A stretch of 64,000 nt of DNA. Origin: Ignavibacteria bacterium. GTDB lineage: Bacteria; Bacteroidota; Ignavibacteria; Ch128b. Made by a program: the position numbers and the translations under genes. The stretch lies in assembly GCA_026415235.1 (NCBI GenBank), contig JAOAHM010000019.1:14583-78582 (forward strand), in the 5' to 3' direction. Under the pieces are notes generated by a model. That model saw only the letters and a list, made by a program, of their open reading frames with translations, was not told the DNA's origin and made no database searches. The stretch's first letter is position 1; each line of letters starts with the position of its first letter. This document shows, piece by piece, positions 40,036 through 50,404 of the stretch.

Positions 40036-41414
40036 ACAAACCTGAGATAAAAGAAATTTTAGAAATAGTTGACTCATGCAATCCCAAGGTAAGAGAAAAA
40101 ATTGACGATGAATTTGTAGAGGAAATTTACATAACCGCAAGTCGAATCGTTTCAAGAAGTGTGAAGAAAAAAGTAAATGGTTTTGAACAATTTGAGTTGA
40201 GATTAGATCAACTGCTCACTTCAAAATATTTCGGTTTTCCATTGATGATGTTGTTACTTGCAGGTGTATTCTTTTTAACAATCAAAGGTGCAAACTATCC
40301 TTCAAAGTTATTGGCATCAATGTTTTTTTGGTTGGAAGGGCAATTAAAAATTTTATTCAATTATTTCAATTCACCTTGGTGGTTGACAGGTTTTTTAATT
40401 GATGGAGTGTATAGGGCAACAGCTTGGGTTGTTTCGGTAATGTTTCCTCCAATGGCAATATTTTTTCCAATCTTTACTATCCTGGAAGATGCTGGATATT
40501 TACCAAGAGTTGCATTTAATTTAGATAAGTTATTCAAGTGGGCAGGTGCTCACGGAAAACAGGCATTGACAATGGGAATGGGTTTTGGTTGTAATGCTGC
40601 TGGAGTTGTATCAACAAGAATAATTGATTCACCACGAGAACGATTAATTGCAATCCTTACAAACAACTTTGTTCCTTGTAATGGACGATGGCCATTAATA
40701 ATTATGCTTGCAAGTGTTTTCATTGCTGCTTCTTTTCCAGCGAGTATTTCTTCTATTGTTGCATCTGGAGTTGTAGTTGCTGTAACTATTTTTGGAATTA
40801 TCATTACTTTACTTGTTTCTAAAATTTTGAGCAAAACACTATTAAAAGGTGAACCATCAGCATTTAAACTTGAATTGCCTCCGTATCGCAAACCACAAAT
40901 CTTGAGAATACTTTACACTTCATTTATTGATAGAACACTTTTTGTTTTGGGAAGAGCTGTAACAATGGCTGCTCCTTCTGGAGGGTTAATTTGGTTACTT
41001 GGAAATATTTATGTTAACGGTAAAACTTTGATGAGCTTTGGTGTAGATTTTCTAAATCCTATTGGAAAAGCAATTGGTCTTGATGGTGCAATTTTACTTG
41101 CCTATATAATTGCTATTCCTGCTAACGAAATCATTATTCCTACAATTATCATGATTTATTCAAATCAAACAAAAATGATTGAACTCGAGATTAATCAATT
41201 GAAAGATTTGTTTTTACAAAATGAGTGGACTGTTCTTACAGCTGTTTGCTTGATGTTGTTTTCATTATTGCACTATCCATGCTCAACTACAACCTGGACT
41301 ATTTACAAAGAAACGAGAAGTATAAAATGGACGATACTTTCCAACCTTATCCCACTTGCAGTTGCTTTTATAATTTGTTTCTTTGTCTATAGAATTGGAA
41401 TTCTCTTTCTTTAA
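40032..41414 (+). CDS. feoB: FeoB membrane (gate) domain (split FeoB)
   Basis: LEDAGYLPR, GFGCNAAG, FKLELPPYR and PCSTT motifs; own SD ggag and ATGA overlap. Confidence 0.9.
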   Translation: MNKPEIKEILEIVDSCNPKVREKIDDEFVEEIYITASRIVSRSVKKKVNGFEQFELRLDQLLTSKYFGFPLMMLLLAGVFFLTIKGANYPSKLLASMFFWLEGQLKILFNYFNSPWWLTGFLIDGVYRATAWVVSVMFPPMAIFFPIFTILEDAGYLPRVAFNLDKLFKWAGAHGKQALTMGMGFGCNAAGVVSTRIIDSPRERLIAILTNNFVPCNGRWPLIIMLASVFIAASFPASISSIVASGVVVAVTIFGIIITLLVSKILSKTLLKGEPSAFKLELPPYRKPQILRILYTSFIDRTLFVLGRAVTMAAPSGGLIWLLGNIYVNGKTLMSFGVDFLNPIGKAIGLDGAILLAYIIAIPANEIIIPTIIMIYSNQTKMIELEINQLKDLFLQNEWTVLTAVCLMLFSLLHYPCSTTTWTIYKETRSIKWTILSNLIPLAVAFIICFFVYRIGILFL

Positions 41415-41423
41415 TTAACTCTC

Positions 41424-41783
41424 TTATTCAAGAAAAATTTTAATAGCGTAAACAACTAAGAAAGCTGCAAATATTTTTTTAACTAATTGATCTGGTAAAG
41501 TAACGACTATTTTAGAAGTGAAGTAGCTTCCAATAACAAAAGTTATAATTAAAATTATAGCAGCTTTAACATCAACATAGCCAGCTTTGTAATAATTGTA
41601 AGCTGCAAGTAAACCTATTGGTGGAAGAAGCATTGCAAGTGAAGTACCCTGAGCCATCTTCTGTGAAAAATTTAGAAGAACTACTAAAGATGGAATTACA
41701 ATCATTCCACCTCCAATTCCAAGCATTCCACTTACTGCACCAGTTATTAAACCTATAATAACAAGAATAACTATTTCATACAT
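41424..41783 (-). CDS. Half-size sulfite exporter TauE/SafE (TSUP) family protein
   Basis: GMLGIGGGMIVIP..AQGTSL motif; 4 TMs. Confidence 0.88.
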   Translation of the reverse strand: MYEIVILVIIGLITGAVSGMLGIGGGMIVIPSLVVLLNFSQKMAQGTSLAMLLPPIGLLAAYNYYKAGYVDVKAAIILIITFVIGSYFTSKIVVTLPDQLVKKIFAAFLVVYAIKIFLE

Positions 41784-41801
41784 TTGATTAACCTTATTTT
41801 T

Positions 41802-43193
41802 TTATCTCGCTATTCCATTAATTAATATTGAATTATATCCACTTACACCGTTGACTTCAATTTTGATTGTAACAGTATTTGCTTCGTCTTTATCGGGATC
41901 TGCATCTTGGACAACAAAACTAAATTGTGTCCATCTTCGACTTTGTGTGTCGGGCATGTTGATGCTCAAATCTCCTTGAGCTTTTACATTGCCTTCAACA
42001 GTAACTGTGATTGTATTTCCAGGTGCGATTGGATTACCATTAGCATCGGAAACAACATAAGTGAATACTTGAGCACCACGATTAGGTATATCAAAACTTG
42101 TTGGATTGATTTGAAGAATTGATGGGTAACCTGAGAATAAAACAGTAATTTCTCTTTTTATAACTTGATTATTCTCATTTGCTGTGGAAGCAGTTATAGT
42201 TGCAAATCCAGGTCCTAAGATTGGATGAATTGGGATTGGTAATGCAGTTATCAATTGAGCATTTGCAATGCCCATCTCGTCAGTTTTTGCAGAGCCTTGA
42301 ATTATTCCACCAGTTGTTGAAAAGTAAACAATCGTGTTTGGTTTTACTGGATTTGAATATTTATCACCAACATAAGCAGTTATTTTATCCGTAAAACCAT
42401 ATAACACTAAACCAGGAATGTTATAATATTCAGCTGCTAAGGAGAAGTGTTCTAAATCGGGTAAACCACCATGTATTGCCACATTAACAGGCTTTGACCT
42501 GATAATTCTTGTTCCAAGATTTACTTCAGCAATAATTTGAACTACACCAGCAACTGTTCCACTTGTGATATTAACCGAAACACGACCTTGACTGTTTGTT
42601 TTCTTTGAAGGTGGATCTATGAAAAGACCACCACCAGGATTTGCACCTAATGTGAAATTGACAGTAACTGAACGAGTAATATCGATTGGATTTCCGCTTG
42701 AGTCTCTAACTTCAAAAGTTAAAGTAGTTGTTTCGTTATCACCACTTTCACGAACGCCAATTGATGTAAAAGTTTGATTTACAAGAACGATACTTGCAGG
42801 TAAACCAGAAGTTGTTGTAGCTTTTAGTTTTTCTATTTTGAGTGTCGGTACATCAACGGTTCTGCCTGGAACTGCAAAGACAGTAATTGTATCGCCTTTA
42901 TAATTTTCTTTTGATGCAATTACTTTACAATCAATGCTCTTTACAATTTTGAATGTTTTAGAAAATTTTCCATCTGCACCAGTTGTAACGCCATACTGAG
43001 CAGTATCAGCAATAATTTTTACAGCAGCATTTTCGACAGGTTGACCAGTTTCGAAATCAATTACTTGACCGTTTAATGTAACATTGTCACCTTGTGGTGA
43101 ATCGGGTTGAGTTGGTGATTTTCCACAGCTATTGAAATAAACAATGATTAGAATTGATAATAAGTTTATTGTGATGTATCGTGTTAGTTTCAT
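41802..43193 (-). CDS. Lipoprotein with carboxypeptidase-regulatory-like and invasin/Big_1-like Ig domains
   Basis: Lipobox-like FNSC; GQVID.ETGQPV; repeated V.D..GNP..V.F and T...G.A motifs. Confidence 0.7.
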   Translation of the reverse strand: MKLTRYITINLLSILIIVYFNSCGKSPTQPDSPQGDNVTLNGQVIDFETGQPVENAAVKIIADTAQYGVTTGADGKFSKTFKIVKSIDCKVIASKENYKGDTITVFAVPGRTVDVPTLKIEKLKATTTSGLPASIVLVNQTFTSIGVRESGDNETTTLTFEVRDSSGNPIDITRSVTVNFTLGANPGGGLFIDPPSKKTNSQGRVSVNITSGTVAGVVQIIAEVNLGTRIIRSKPVNVAIHGGLPDLEHFSLAAEYYNIPGLVLYGFTDKITAYVGDKYSNPVKPNTIVYFSTTGGIIQGSAKTDEMGIANAQLITALPIPIHPILGPGFATITASTANENNQVIKREITVLFSGYPSILQINPTSFDIPNRGAQVFTYVVSDANGNPIAPGNTITVTVEGNVKAQGDLSINMPDTQSRRWTQFSFVVQDADPDKDEANTVTIKIEVNGVSGYNSILINGIAR

Positions 43194-43431
43194 TGTAAAA
43201 CCTTTTAATGTTTAATTTAATTCAATTTTATGAGAGATAACTTTCAATGTCAAGCTTGTTCTAATTTGATTTTATTGTGATTATGATAAAAGGAAGAAAA
43301 AAATTTAAGATGAAAATTGAATGGTAGATTTTGTGTGAATGAAAGTGTGAAAAATTGATTTCGTTTGAGTCATATCTCAAACGTTAACGAATTGGATTAA
43401 ATTTACTTTTTGACCTGAATTGATTTGTGAA

Positions 43432-44697
43432 TTATGAACTCTTTAAGATTTTTTCGTCAACAATTAGTCTTGCGCTTTTTTGATGAGTAAAGTAAGCGAA
43501 AATCCATTCAATCAAAACAATGAAGCGATTTTTAAAGCCAATCAAAAAGAAAATGTGAACAAAGACCCAAATCAACCATGCAAAAAATCCTGAAAATTTT
43601 ATCCAACCAAAATCAGCAACTGCTTTTGCTTTACCAATAGTCGCAAGACTTCCCTTATCAAAATATCTATAAGGTTTAATTGGTTTATTTTTTAGTTTCT
43701 TTAAAATTGATTTTGCAACATATCTACCTTGAGTTATTGCAACTGGAGAAACTCCTGGTAAAGTATTTCCGTTTTTATCGAAAGCAGCTGCAGCATCACC
43801 AATCACAAAAACATTTTCATCATCTTTTAATGTAAGGTATGGAGTAACAATTGCTCGACCCATTCTATCAACTTCGGTTTCAAGCTGCTCAATAAGAGGA
43901 TTAGCTTTGTTGCCCGCTGCCCAAATTACAGTTGATGCTTCTATTGTTTGTTTGTCAGTAATCACCATTTCGTTTCTAATGTCTAAGACTCGAGTATTAA
44001 GTAAAACATTAACGCCCATTTCCTCTAAATCTTTTTTTGCTTTAATCGAGAGATCGAGTGGATAAGTAGGAAGAATTCTGTCTAAAGCTTCTATTAGAAA
44101 AATTTTTGCTTTTGATGGATTAATTTTTTTGAAATCTTCAATCAAAGTTTTTTTAGCAATTTCTGCGATTGCACCTGCCATTTCAACTCCAGTAGGTCCA
44201 CCACCAACAATCACAAAGTTCAAATATTTTTGTTGCTCCTTTGGGTCAAGAGTTCTTTCAGCTTTTTCGAAGGCATACAAAATTTTTTCTCTTATATTAA
44301 TTGCATCTTGAAGGGTTTTCAAACCTGGAGCAATTTTTTCCCATTCATTATTCCCAAAATAATGATGCCTTGCGCCCACTGCTACAATCAAAAAGTCGTA
44401 AGAATAATTTTCTCCGTTCAAATATACTTTCTTTGACTTGCGGTCAATTCGTTTAACCTCGCCAAGAATTACTTGAACATTTTTTGATTTTCTAAAAATT
44501 GATCGAAGAGGAAAAGCAATATATGCAGGAGAAAGTCCCGCAGTTGCTACTTGATACAACAATGGTTGAAATAAATGATGATTGGTTTTATCGATTAAAA
44601 TGACATTTACTTCTTTGTTACGAAGCTTTTTTGCTGCGGACAAACCGCCAAATCCACCACCGATAATGATTACAGTTTTTCTTTCCTGATTCATCAC
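43432..44697 (-). CDS. ndh: Type II NADH:quinone oxidoreductase
   Basis: GGGFGG, FQPLLYQVAT, GGGPTGVE and WAAG motifs. Confidence 0.92.
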   Translation of the reverse strand: MMNQERKTVIIIGGGFGGLSAAKKLRNKEVNVILIDKTNHHLFQPLLYQVATAGLSPAYIAFPLRSIFRKSKNVQVILGEVKRIDRKSKKVYLNGENYSYDFLIVAVGARHHYFGNNEWEKIAPGLKTLQDAINIREKILYAFEKAERTLDPKEQQKYLNFVIVGGGPTGVEMAGAIAEIAKKTLIEDFKKINPSKAKIFLIEALDRILPTYPLDLSIKAKKDLEEMGVNVLLNTRVLDIRNEMVITDKQTIEASTVIWAAGNKANPLIEQLETEVDRMGRAIVTPYLTLKDDENVFVIGDAAAAFDKNGNTLPGVSPVAITQGRYVAKSILKKLKNKPIKPYRYFDKGSLATIGKAKAVADFGWIKFSGFFAWLIWVFVHIFFLIGFKNRFIVLIEWIFAYFTHQKSARLIVDEKILKSS

Positions 44698-45000
44698 ACA
44701 AAAATATTTTTTTACGACTTATATTTTAAGGCAATAGTTTTTAAGTGAAATTTTGTTCTATTGATTTTAAATGTGCTTTAATTAGCAAAGTTAGACTTTT
44801 CAATTGCCTCATTTTTTCAATTTTATTTTATAAGGTTTTAAGTGAGAACAGAAATTTTCTTTATAGCTTTTGATTTTGAAAAAATGATTGTGAAAAAATT
44901 TGAAGGAAAATCGAAGTTGTTTTTTTGCGATGTGATGATTTATTGTGTGTAGTTCGCTTTAGATTAATTTGTTTTTTGTGTATCCACTTTTTAGAATTTT

Positions 45001-46362
45001 TTAGAAAGAGTATTTTAATCTGACAAAAAACATACTACTCATTGGACTATACTCATCTAACACATCACCTTCAACATGAAGAGCAATCAGAGATAGGTCA
45101 AGATTATCTGAAACGGAGTAACTTAAATTTGGAAGGATTACGAATGATTTATCAAGAGGATTATGAAGAGTAATTAAATCAATTCGTGTTAGAGGAGAAA
45201 GATTATAACCAAGCTGGTAGAAAAGATTCCATTTTGATGGGGATAACATACCAAGTTCAAATGCATCATTTCTGAATAGACCAATGTCTTTTGTCTTTCC
45301 AATATGATTATACATTATTTCCGAATGGATGTAGAATGAATTTGAGAAAGTATAATCGAGCGAAATTACAGCGCAAAGTTGAATTCTTTTCTCATTTGAA
45401 AAAGTGTTGTTTGAAAATTTTGAATTGCTTTGAGGTGGAGATGAAATCAAAATCTCTCCACGAAAACCAGCATCTGAAATGTCACCAGACCATAAGAAAC
45501 CTGTAACAGGTCTGAAGCGGTGATAACCAATCAAAAAATAAAAATCATATTCCCAAACATTGTAATAGAATTCAAATGCTGATGACAAATCTTTTTTATT
45601 TTTTCCAAACTTACTTGCAAACTCTATTTTCGAAGTGGAAGTTGGAAAGTACTGAAATCTAACTCCGTCGCTAGCTGGTCGTTCTTCATAATCAAAATCT
45701 AAAATTGAAAGGGGATTGAACAAATCCGAAATATTCCAAACCCAACTTGTTCCCCAAGCAATTCGTTGCCTTCCTAAACTAAACTGAATTTTTTCAAAAT
45801 TAAATTCTGTCCACAATCTGTCTATCTCTAAAAGATTAACCGACTTTTTCTCTTTCCAAATGAACGATTTTAGATTATAGAAATATTCATCTTCTGAAAT
45901 TGAGTTAATGTAATTAGGAATTTTTTCAACCGATTCACCGTAGATGATACGATTACGAATTCCAAGATTAAAGGTAATGTTATCATTGATAAAGTATTTG
46001 AGATTTATTCGGGAGTGGAGTGTGTGGTCAATTAAATTTTCTGAAAGATTTTGAATTCTGTATGAACTGAATAAGTATTTAGAATATCCTCCAATTTGAA
46101 AATTCAACGATTCACTATCATCACTTAAAAATTTGTGATTGATATTTTTTGAAATTTCATTTGAATGAAAAAATAAATTTGAATGATTTGTCTTTAATAA
46201 ATGAACTTTTGAAGGTAAGTATTGTGACTTTTCACTGACAACGAAATTTTTATTTTGATAATGAATGATTTCAATATTTTTTGAATGAAGTTGAGAGGTA
46301 CTGAATAAAATAATAGAGATGAGAAAATTAATTCTGAAAAACATCGGATTTAACTTTTCCAT
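45001..46362 (-). CDS. Putative outer-membrane beta-barrel protein associated with the ABC module
   Basis: Signal peptide (likely from Met at 46344); IDRLW..GRQRIAWG..DLFNP motif; C-terminal RLKYSF. Confidence 0.7.
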   Translation of the reverse strand: MEKLNPMFFRINFLISIILFSTSQLHSKNIEIIHYQNKNFVVSEKSQYLPSKVHLLKTNHSNLFFHSNEISKNINHKFLSDDSESLNFQIGGYSKYLFSSYRIQNLSENLIDHTLHSRINLKYFINDNITFNLGIRNRIIYGESVEKIPNYINSISEDEYFYNLKSFIWKEKKSVNLLEIDRLWTEFNFEKIQFSLGRQRIAWGTSWVWNISDLFNPLSILDFDYEERPASDGVRFQYFPTSTSKIEFASKFGKNKKDLSSAFEFYYNVWEYDFYFLIGYHRFRPVTGFLWSGDISDAGFRGEILISSPPQSNSKFSNNTFSNEKRIQLCAVISLDYTFSNSFYIHSEIMYNHIGKTKDIGLFRNDAFELGMLSPSKWNLFYQLGYNLSPLTRIDLITLHNPLDKSFVILPNLSYSVSDNLDLSLIALHVEGDVLDEYSPMSSMFFVRLKYSF

Positions 46363-47014
46363 CTTCTAAAGTGATAATTCTTCGAACACGACGAATCACT
46401 TTGTTATCGTGAGTTGCGAAGATGAAAGTCATACCAATCTTTTCATTTAATTCTTTCATTATATCGAGCAAACCTTCAGCAGCGACACTGTCTAAATTAG
46501 CAGTTGGTTCATCAGCTAAAACAAAAGAAGGATGAGAGGCAATAGCTCTTGCAACGGCAACTCTCTGTTGTTGCCCACCTGAAAGTTCGTATGGTCTTGC
46601 GTCAAGTTTATCGCCAAGTCCAACTGCATTTAGTAACTCAATAATTCTTCTCTCCCTTTCATCTTTTGAAATTCCTTGCAAAAGCATAATGAATTCTACA
46701 TTCTCTTTGGCTGTAAGAACAGGAATTAAATTGAAAGATTGAAAAACAAAACCAATATTTTTCAAACGAAAATCTATCAATTCATCTTCTTTCATTTTCG
46801 ATATATCAACTCCCTTAATCAATACTTTTCCACTTGTAGGAGTATCTAATCCCCCAATCATATTTAATAATGTTGTTTTACCAGAACCAGATGGACCAAC
46901 AATCGCAGTAAATTCTCCCCTTTCAATTTTTAGATTGATATCCTTCAATGCGTGAACTGGAACTTTAGTTTTGTCATAAATTTTGTTCAGATTTATAATT
47001 TCAATTAATGACAT
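46328..47014 (-). CDS. ABC transporter ATP-binding protein (LolD/MacB-like)
   Basis: GPSGSGKT, LSGGQQQRVA and ADEPTANLD motifs. Confidence 0.95.
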   Translation of the reverse strand: MSLIEIINLNKIYDKTKVPVHALKDINLKIERGEFTAIVGPSGSGKTTLLNMIGGLDTPTSGKVLIKGVDISKMKEDELIDFRLKNIGFVFQSFNLIPVLTAKENVEFIMLLQGISKDERERRIIELLNAVGLGDKLDARPYELSGGQQQRVAVARAIASHPSFVLADEPTANLDSVAAEGLLDIMKELNEKIGMTFIFATHDNKVIRRVRRIITLEDGKVKSDVFQN

Positions 47015-47029
47015 GTTCACTCCAAAATC

Positions 47030-48244
47030 TTAAATGTAAGTTCTAATTGCTTCTGCAGGTTTAAGTCGAACTGCTTTTATTGCAGGTGAGATTGCTGCAA
47101 TCAACGCTGTAACTAACATCATTGCGAATAAACTTAAATACATGTGAAACGGGAGTTGTGGATATAGAATTGCAGCCATTCCATAAGCAGCCATTCCTTC
47201 CTCAAATATGGATAAATCTATTCCATTTTTTGCGAGGAGTTGAATAGTTAAAAATCCAAAGAATGTTCCAAGTAAACCACCACTAAAAAGTAAAATCATC
47301 GATTCTATAATAATCAATAAAAACAATCTAACTCTTTTCATTCCAATCGCAATCAAAACACCGAACTCTCTAATTCGTTCAAAAACCGACATCATCATCG
47401 TATTTGAAATTCCAAAAAGAAGAGCGAAAAGAATTATGCCCATGAAAATATTAAGTTCGAGATAAAGAAAACCTGAAGTTAAACTTAATTCAGGTGCAAG
47501 TTCTTTCCAACTCTCAATTTTTAGATTAGGGAATTTAGCTTTCAAAAGATTTGTAGTTGTATCGATGAGTTCGCTCGATTTTACACGAATTGCAATTTCG
47601 TGAATTGGAACTGATTGACCTAAGATATTTTTTAAATCAACTTGCCTAACGAATACTTGTGTCTCATCAAAAATTTTTGACTCTGTTTTGAAAATTCCAA
47701 CAACACGAAATGCAGAAGCAACTAAATTATTATCCAATCCTTGAAAAGATAAAACTACTTTTGAATTAACTTTCAACTTCAATTTTTCTGCTAATTTTTT
47801 TCCAACTAAAATTTCATTTTCTTTATTACCGAAATAAATTCCATCAATTAATTTTTGATGAATTGAGGTTATATTTTTTTCTCTATCTGGTTCAATTGCA
47901 ACTATTTTAACTCCACTTACCGAAGTAGGAGAAGATATCATACCTTCAATTATTGTTCTAAGAGAGAAGTTTTGGATGTTTTGATTTGCAAGAAGAACAT
48001 TTTCAACATCTTTTATATTCGAAATATATTGATGAATTAATTTTTCATCTCTAAAATTTGGGTGGTGAATTTGTATGTGCGAATATTCACGATTGATTGC
48101 AGCTTCAATAGTAGTTTCCCACATACCAATAAAAATTCCATTTGTAAATACGCCACCCCAAATTCCAAAAAGTGCCGATAGAATGATAATCAAACTGCGT
48201 TTTTTATTTCGCCAAATATTTTTCCAAGCAAGTTTAATTAACAT
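47030..48244 (-). CDS. ABC transporter permease (FtsX/MacB/LolC-like)
   Basis: AWKNIWRNKKRS, large periplasmic domain, ERIREFGVL.AIG. Confidence 0.9.
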   Translation of the reverse strand: MLIKLAWKNIWRNKKRSLIIILSALFGIWGGVFTNGIFIGMWETTIEAAINREYSHIQIHHPNFRDEKLIHQYISNIKDVENVLLANQNIQNFSLRTIIEGMISSPTSVSGVKIVAIEPDREKNITSIHQKLIDGIYFGNKENEILVGKKLAEKLKLKVNSKVVLSFQGLDNNLVASAFRVVGIFKTESKIFDETQVFVRQVDLKNILGQSVPIHEIAIRVKSSELIDTTTNLLKAKFPNLKIESWKELAPELSLTSGFLYLELNIFMGIILFALLFGISNTMMMSVFERIREFGVLIAIGMKRVRLFLLIIIESMILLFSGGLLGTFFGFLTIQLLAKNGIDLSIFEEGMAAYGMAAILYPQLPFHMYLSLFAMMLVTALIAAISPAIKAVRLKPAEAIRTYI

Positions 48245-48246
48245 TA

Positions 48247-49467
48247 TTACATTCTCATCGCTTCGATTGGTTTTAATTTCCTAATATGATTTAATGGATA
48301 GAGTGAACTTAAAAAAGCAATGATTAAAACAATTGAAGTTTGAGCGACCAAAATTCCTGGATCATTACTTAAAGGTATGATAGGCTCTACACCAAACTTT
48401 AAACTGATTTCAGCTAACTCACCTGAAAATCTGATTGGATTGTTATGAAAATAAATTATCATTGGTACAGAAATTAATATTCCGCTTAAAGCTCCAATCA
48501 ATGAGATAAAGATGGCTTCAAGAGTTGTAATAAGAATTAATTTAGTTTTCTTTATTCCAATAGAAATTAAAATTCCAAATTCTTTTGTTCGTTCTGCTGT
48601 CATCATCATTACAGTACCAAAAATTCCAAATGCAATTACCAGATATAAAATGAAAAGCATAATCAATCCGCCTACACTATCAAGTTGAATTCCTTGAACG
48701 AGTTCTGGCATCATTTCTTCCCAAGACATCACATCATAATCATCGCCAACTATTTTTTTCACTTCACTTAAAACATAATCAAGTTTTTTCGGATTATTAA
48801 TTATGACTGAAATTGTTGTGATTTTATTTTCCATGGAAAAAAGAGTTTGACCAAAACTTAGTGGAATGTAAGTTAAGGAGTTATTTAAATCAGGTAGAGC
48901 AAATCTAACAATTCCAATTACTGGACAAAGAGTTGCTGCAGTAATTCCATAAATTCCCTGACCATACAAAACTACACTATCACCAACTTGAACATTTAAA
49001 ATTTTTGCAAGACCTTCAGAAATTAAAATTCCATTATCATCTTTCTTGAGATATCTTCCACTGATAAGTTTCTGACTGAGCTTGGTCATTTGATTTTCTT
49101 TTTCTGGATCAATTGCAATAACAGATGTAACCTTTGTAATGTGTTCAGAACTTATGAGCAGAAAATTTTCCAATCTGGGTACAGCTATCTCTACTGATTG
49201 AATTTCTTCGATTTTTTTTATGAGGTTTGAATCATAATCAAGAGCTTTTTCTAAAGATTTTTCTTCCCAATAACCTTTGCTGTGAATTTGTAAATATCCT
49301 GTGAACATTCTCACGGCACTATCAATCATATAATCGTAACTACCATGTTGCATTGCTCTGGTAAAAATTGCCAGAACAATTGCAAAAAAAATTGATGATG
49401 CAGCAAGAATTGTTCTTCTTTTATTTCGCCATATGTTTCGCCAAGCAAGAATGAGATAAAGTTTCAT
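48247..49467 (-). CDS. ABC transporter permease (FtsX/MacB/LolE-like)
   Basis: AWRNIWRNKRRT and ERTKEFGIL.SIG motifs. Confidence 0.9.
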   Translation of the reverse strand: MKLYLILAWRNIWRNKRRTILAASSIFFAIVLAIFTRAMQHGSYDYMIDSAVRMFTGYLQIHSKGYWEEKSLEKALDYDSNLIKKIEEIQSVEIAVPRLENFLLISSEHITKVTSVIAIDPEKENQMTKLSQKLISGRYLKKDDNGILISEGLAKILNVQVGDSVVLYGQGIYGITAATLCPVIGIVRFALPDLNNSLTYIPLSFGQTLFSMENKITTISVIINNPKKLDYVLSEVKKIVGDDYDVMSWEEMMPELVQGIQLDSVGGLIMLFILYLVIAFGIFGTVMMMTAERTKEFGILISIGIKKTKLILITTLEAIFISLIGALSGILISVPMIIYFHNNPIRFSGELAEISLKFGVEPIIPLSNDPGILVAQTSIVLIIAFLSSLYPLNHIRKLKPIEAMRM

Positions 49468-50216
49468 TTTAGTCTTGTCATGTTTTGCTGTGAGAAGAAA
49501 GATTCATCAATTTTAATATTCCACTCAATTTTCTGATACTCGATTACAGTTTTACTTCCTTCTTTATCGAGTGGAATCATTTCCCATTTTGTTGGGATTG
49601 TTTTTCCACTCATATTTTTTATCTCGCTTCCAACAAAAATTTTAATGAGCTTTCCGTTCTCGTCATAAAATTCAGATTTCAATTGCATATATGAATTTTT
49701 CGAAATGAATGATACTACTTTGCTCCAAACAATTCCTGCATTTGGTTTGGGAATTGATTCGATTTTATAGCAATCGTAACCAGAAAATTTTTCTTCGCTT
49801 AATAATTTGTGAGTGTAGTCGTCCACATAAGAAGAAGAACGAACAAGGTCATCGTTAGTAAAATCAGAGCCCATCCAAGATTGGTTCATCATTGAAGGAG
49901 GAATTTTAATAATTTTTTGAACGGTTGGGAGATAATTCCAGATTTCGTTTTTTCTTTTAAGCGTAACCGTGCCTTTATCTCGTGCAGGTTCTGTTATAAA
50001 TATCATTGCATAATCAGGTTCAAGTGCCCAAACTTTCATTCCAAGTTTTCTTTGCCAATTTGGTTTGATAATTGTCATTGTCATTTCAACATAACTACTT
50101 TTGGCGTAGAGTAAATCCTGTGCTCTTTTAACAATATCAACAGGGTTTTGAGCATTTATTATAAATGGTTTTATAAACAGGAATGGAATCAAGAGAAGTA
50201 GGATTTTGCTTTTCAT
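49464..50216 (-). CDS. Outer membrane lipoprotein-sorting (LolA-like) protein
   Basis: Signal peptide; EPARDKG..LK, W.YLP and WMGSDFTNDD motifs. Confidence 0.85.
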   Translation of the reverse strand: MKSKILLLLIPFLFIKPFIINAQNPVDIVKRAQDLLYAKSSYVEMTMTIIKPNWQRKLGMKVWALEPDYAMIFITEPARDKGTVTLKRKNEIWNYLPTVQKIIKIPPSMMNQSWMGSDFTNDDLVRSSSYVDDYTHKLLSEEKFSGYDCYKIESIPKPNAGIVWSKVVSFISKNSYMQLKSEFYDENGKLIKIFVGSEIKNMSGKTIPTKWEMIPLDKEGSKTVIEYQKIEWNIKIDESFFSQQNMTRLK

Positions 50217-50404
50217 TTTTGTTAATCATTTTTCTTAAAATTAATTAGGAGTTTAATGAAATAAAATTTTTATTCAATTGAATTTGTTTTGCAATAAAAT
50301 TTACTGTTGAACTCAGTCTGTTTGACAATAGATTTTTTCAAATTGTTTAATTATTATGAGTAATAAATTCATTTGATTAACTATAACAAAAATGAGGTGC
50401 TAAG

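Noticed and set aside
40020-40040. feoB pseudogene or programmed frameshift
   Set aside because: The second half has its own SD and an ATGA-coupled start, both halves keep their motifs, and no obvious slippery site is present.
44888-44905. Rex operator upstream of ndh
   Set aside because: Only the TTGTGAA half-site matches; the second half is poor and similar half-sites occur in unrelated intergenic regions.
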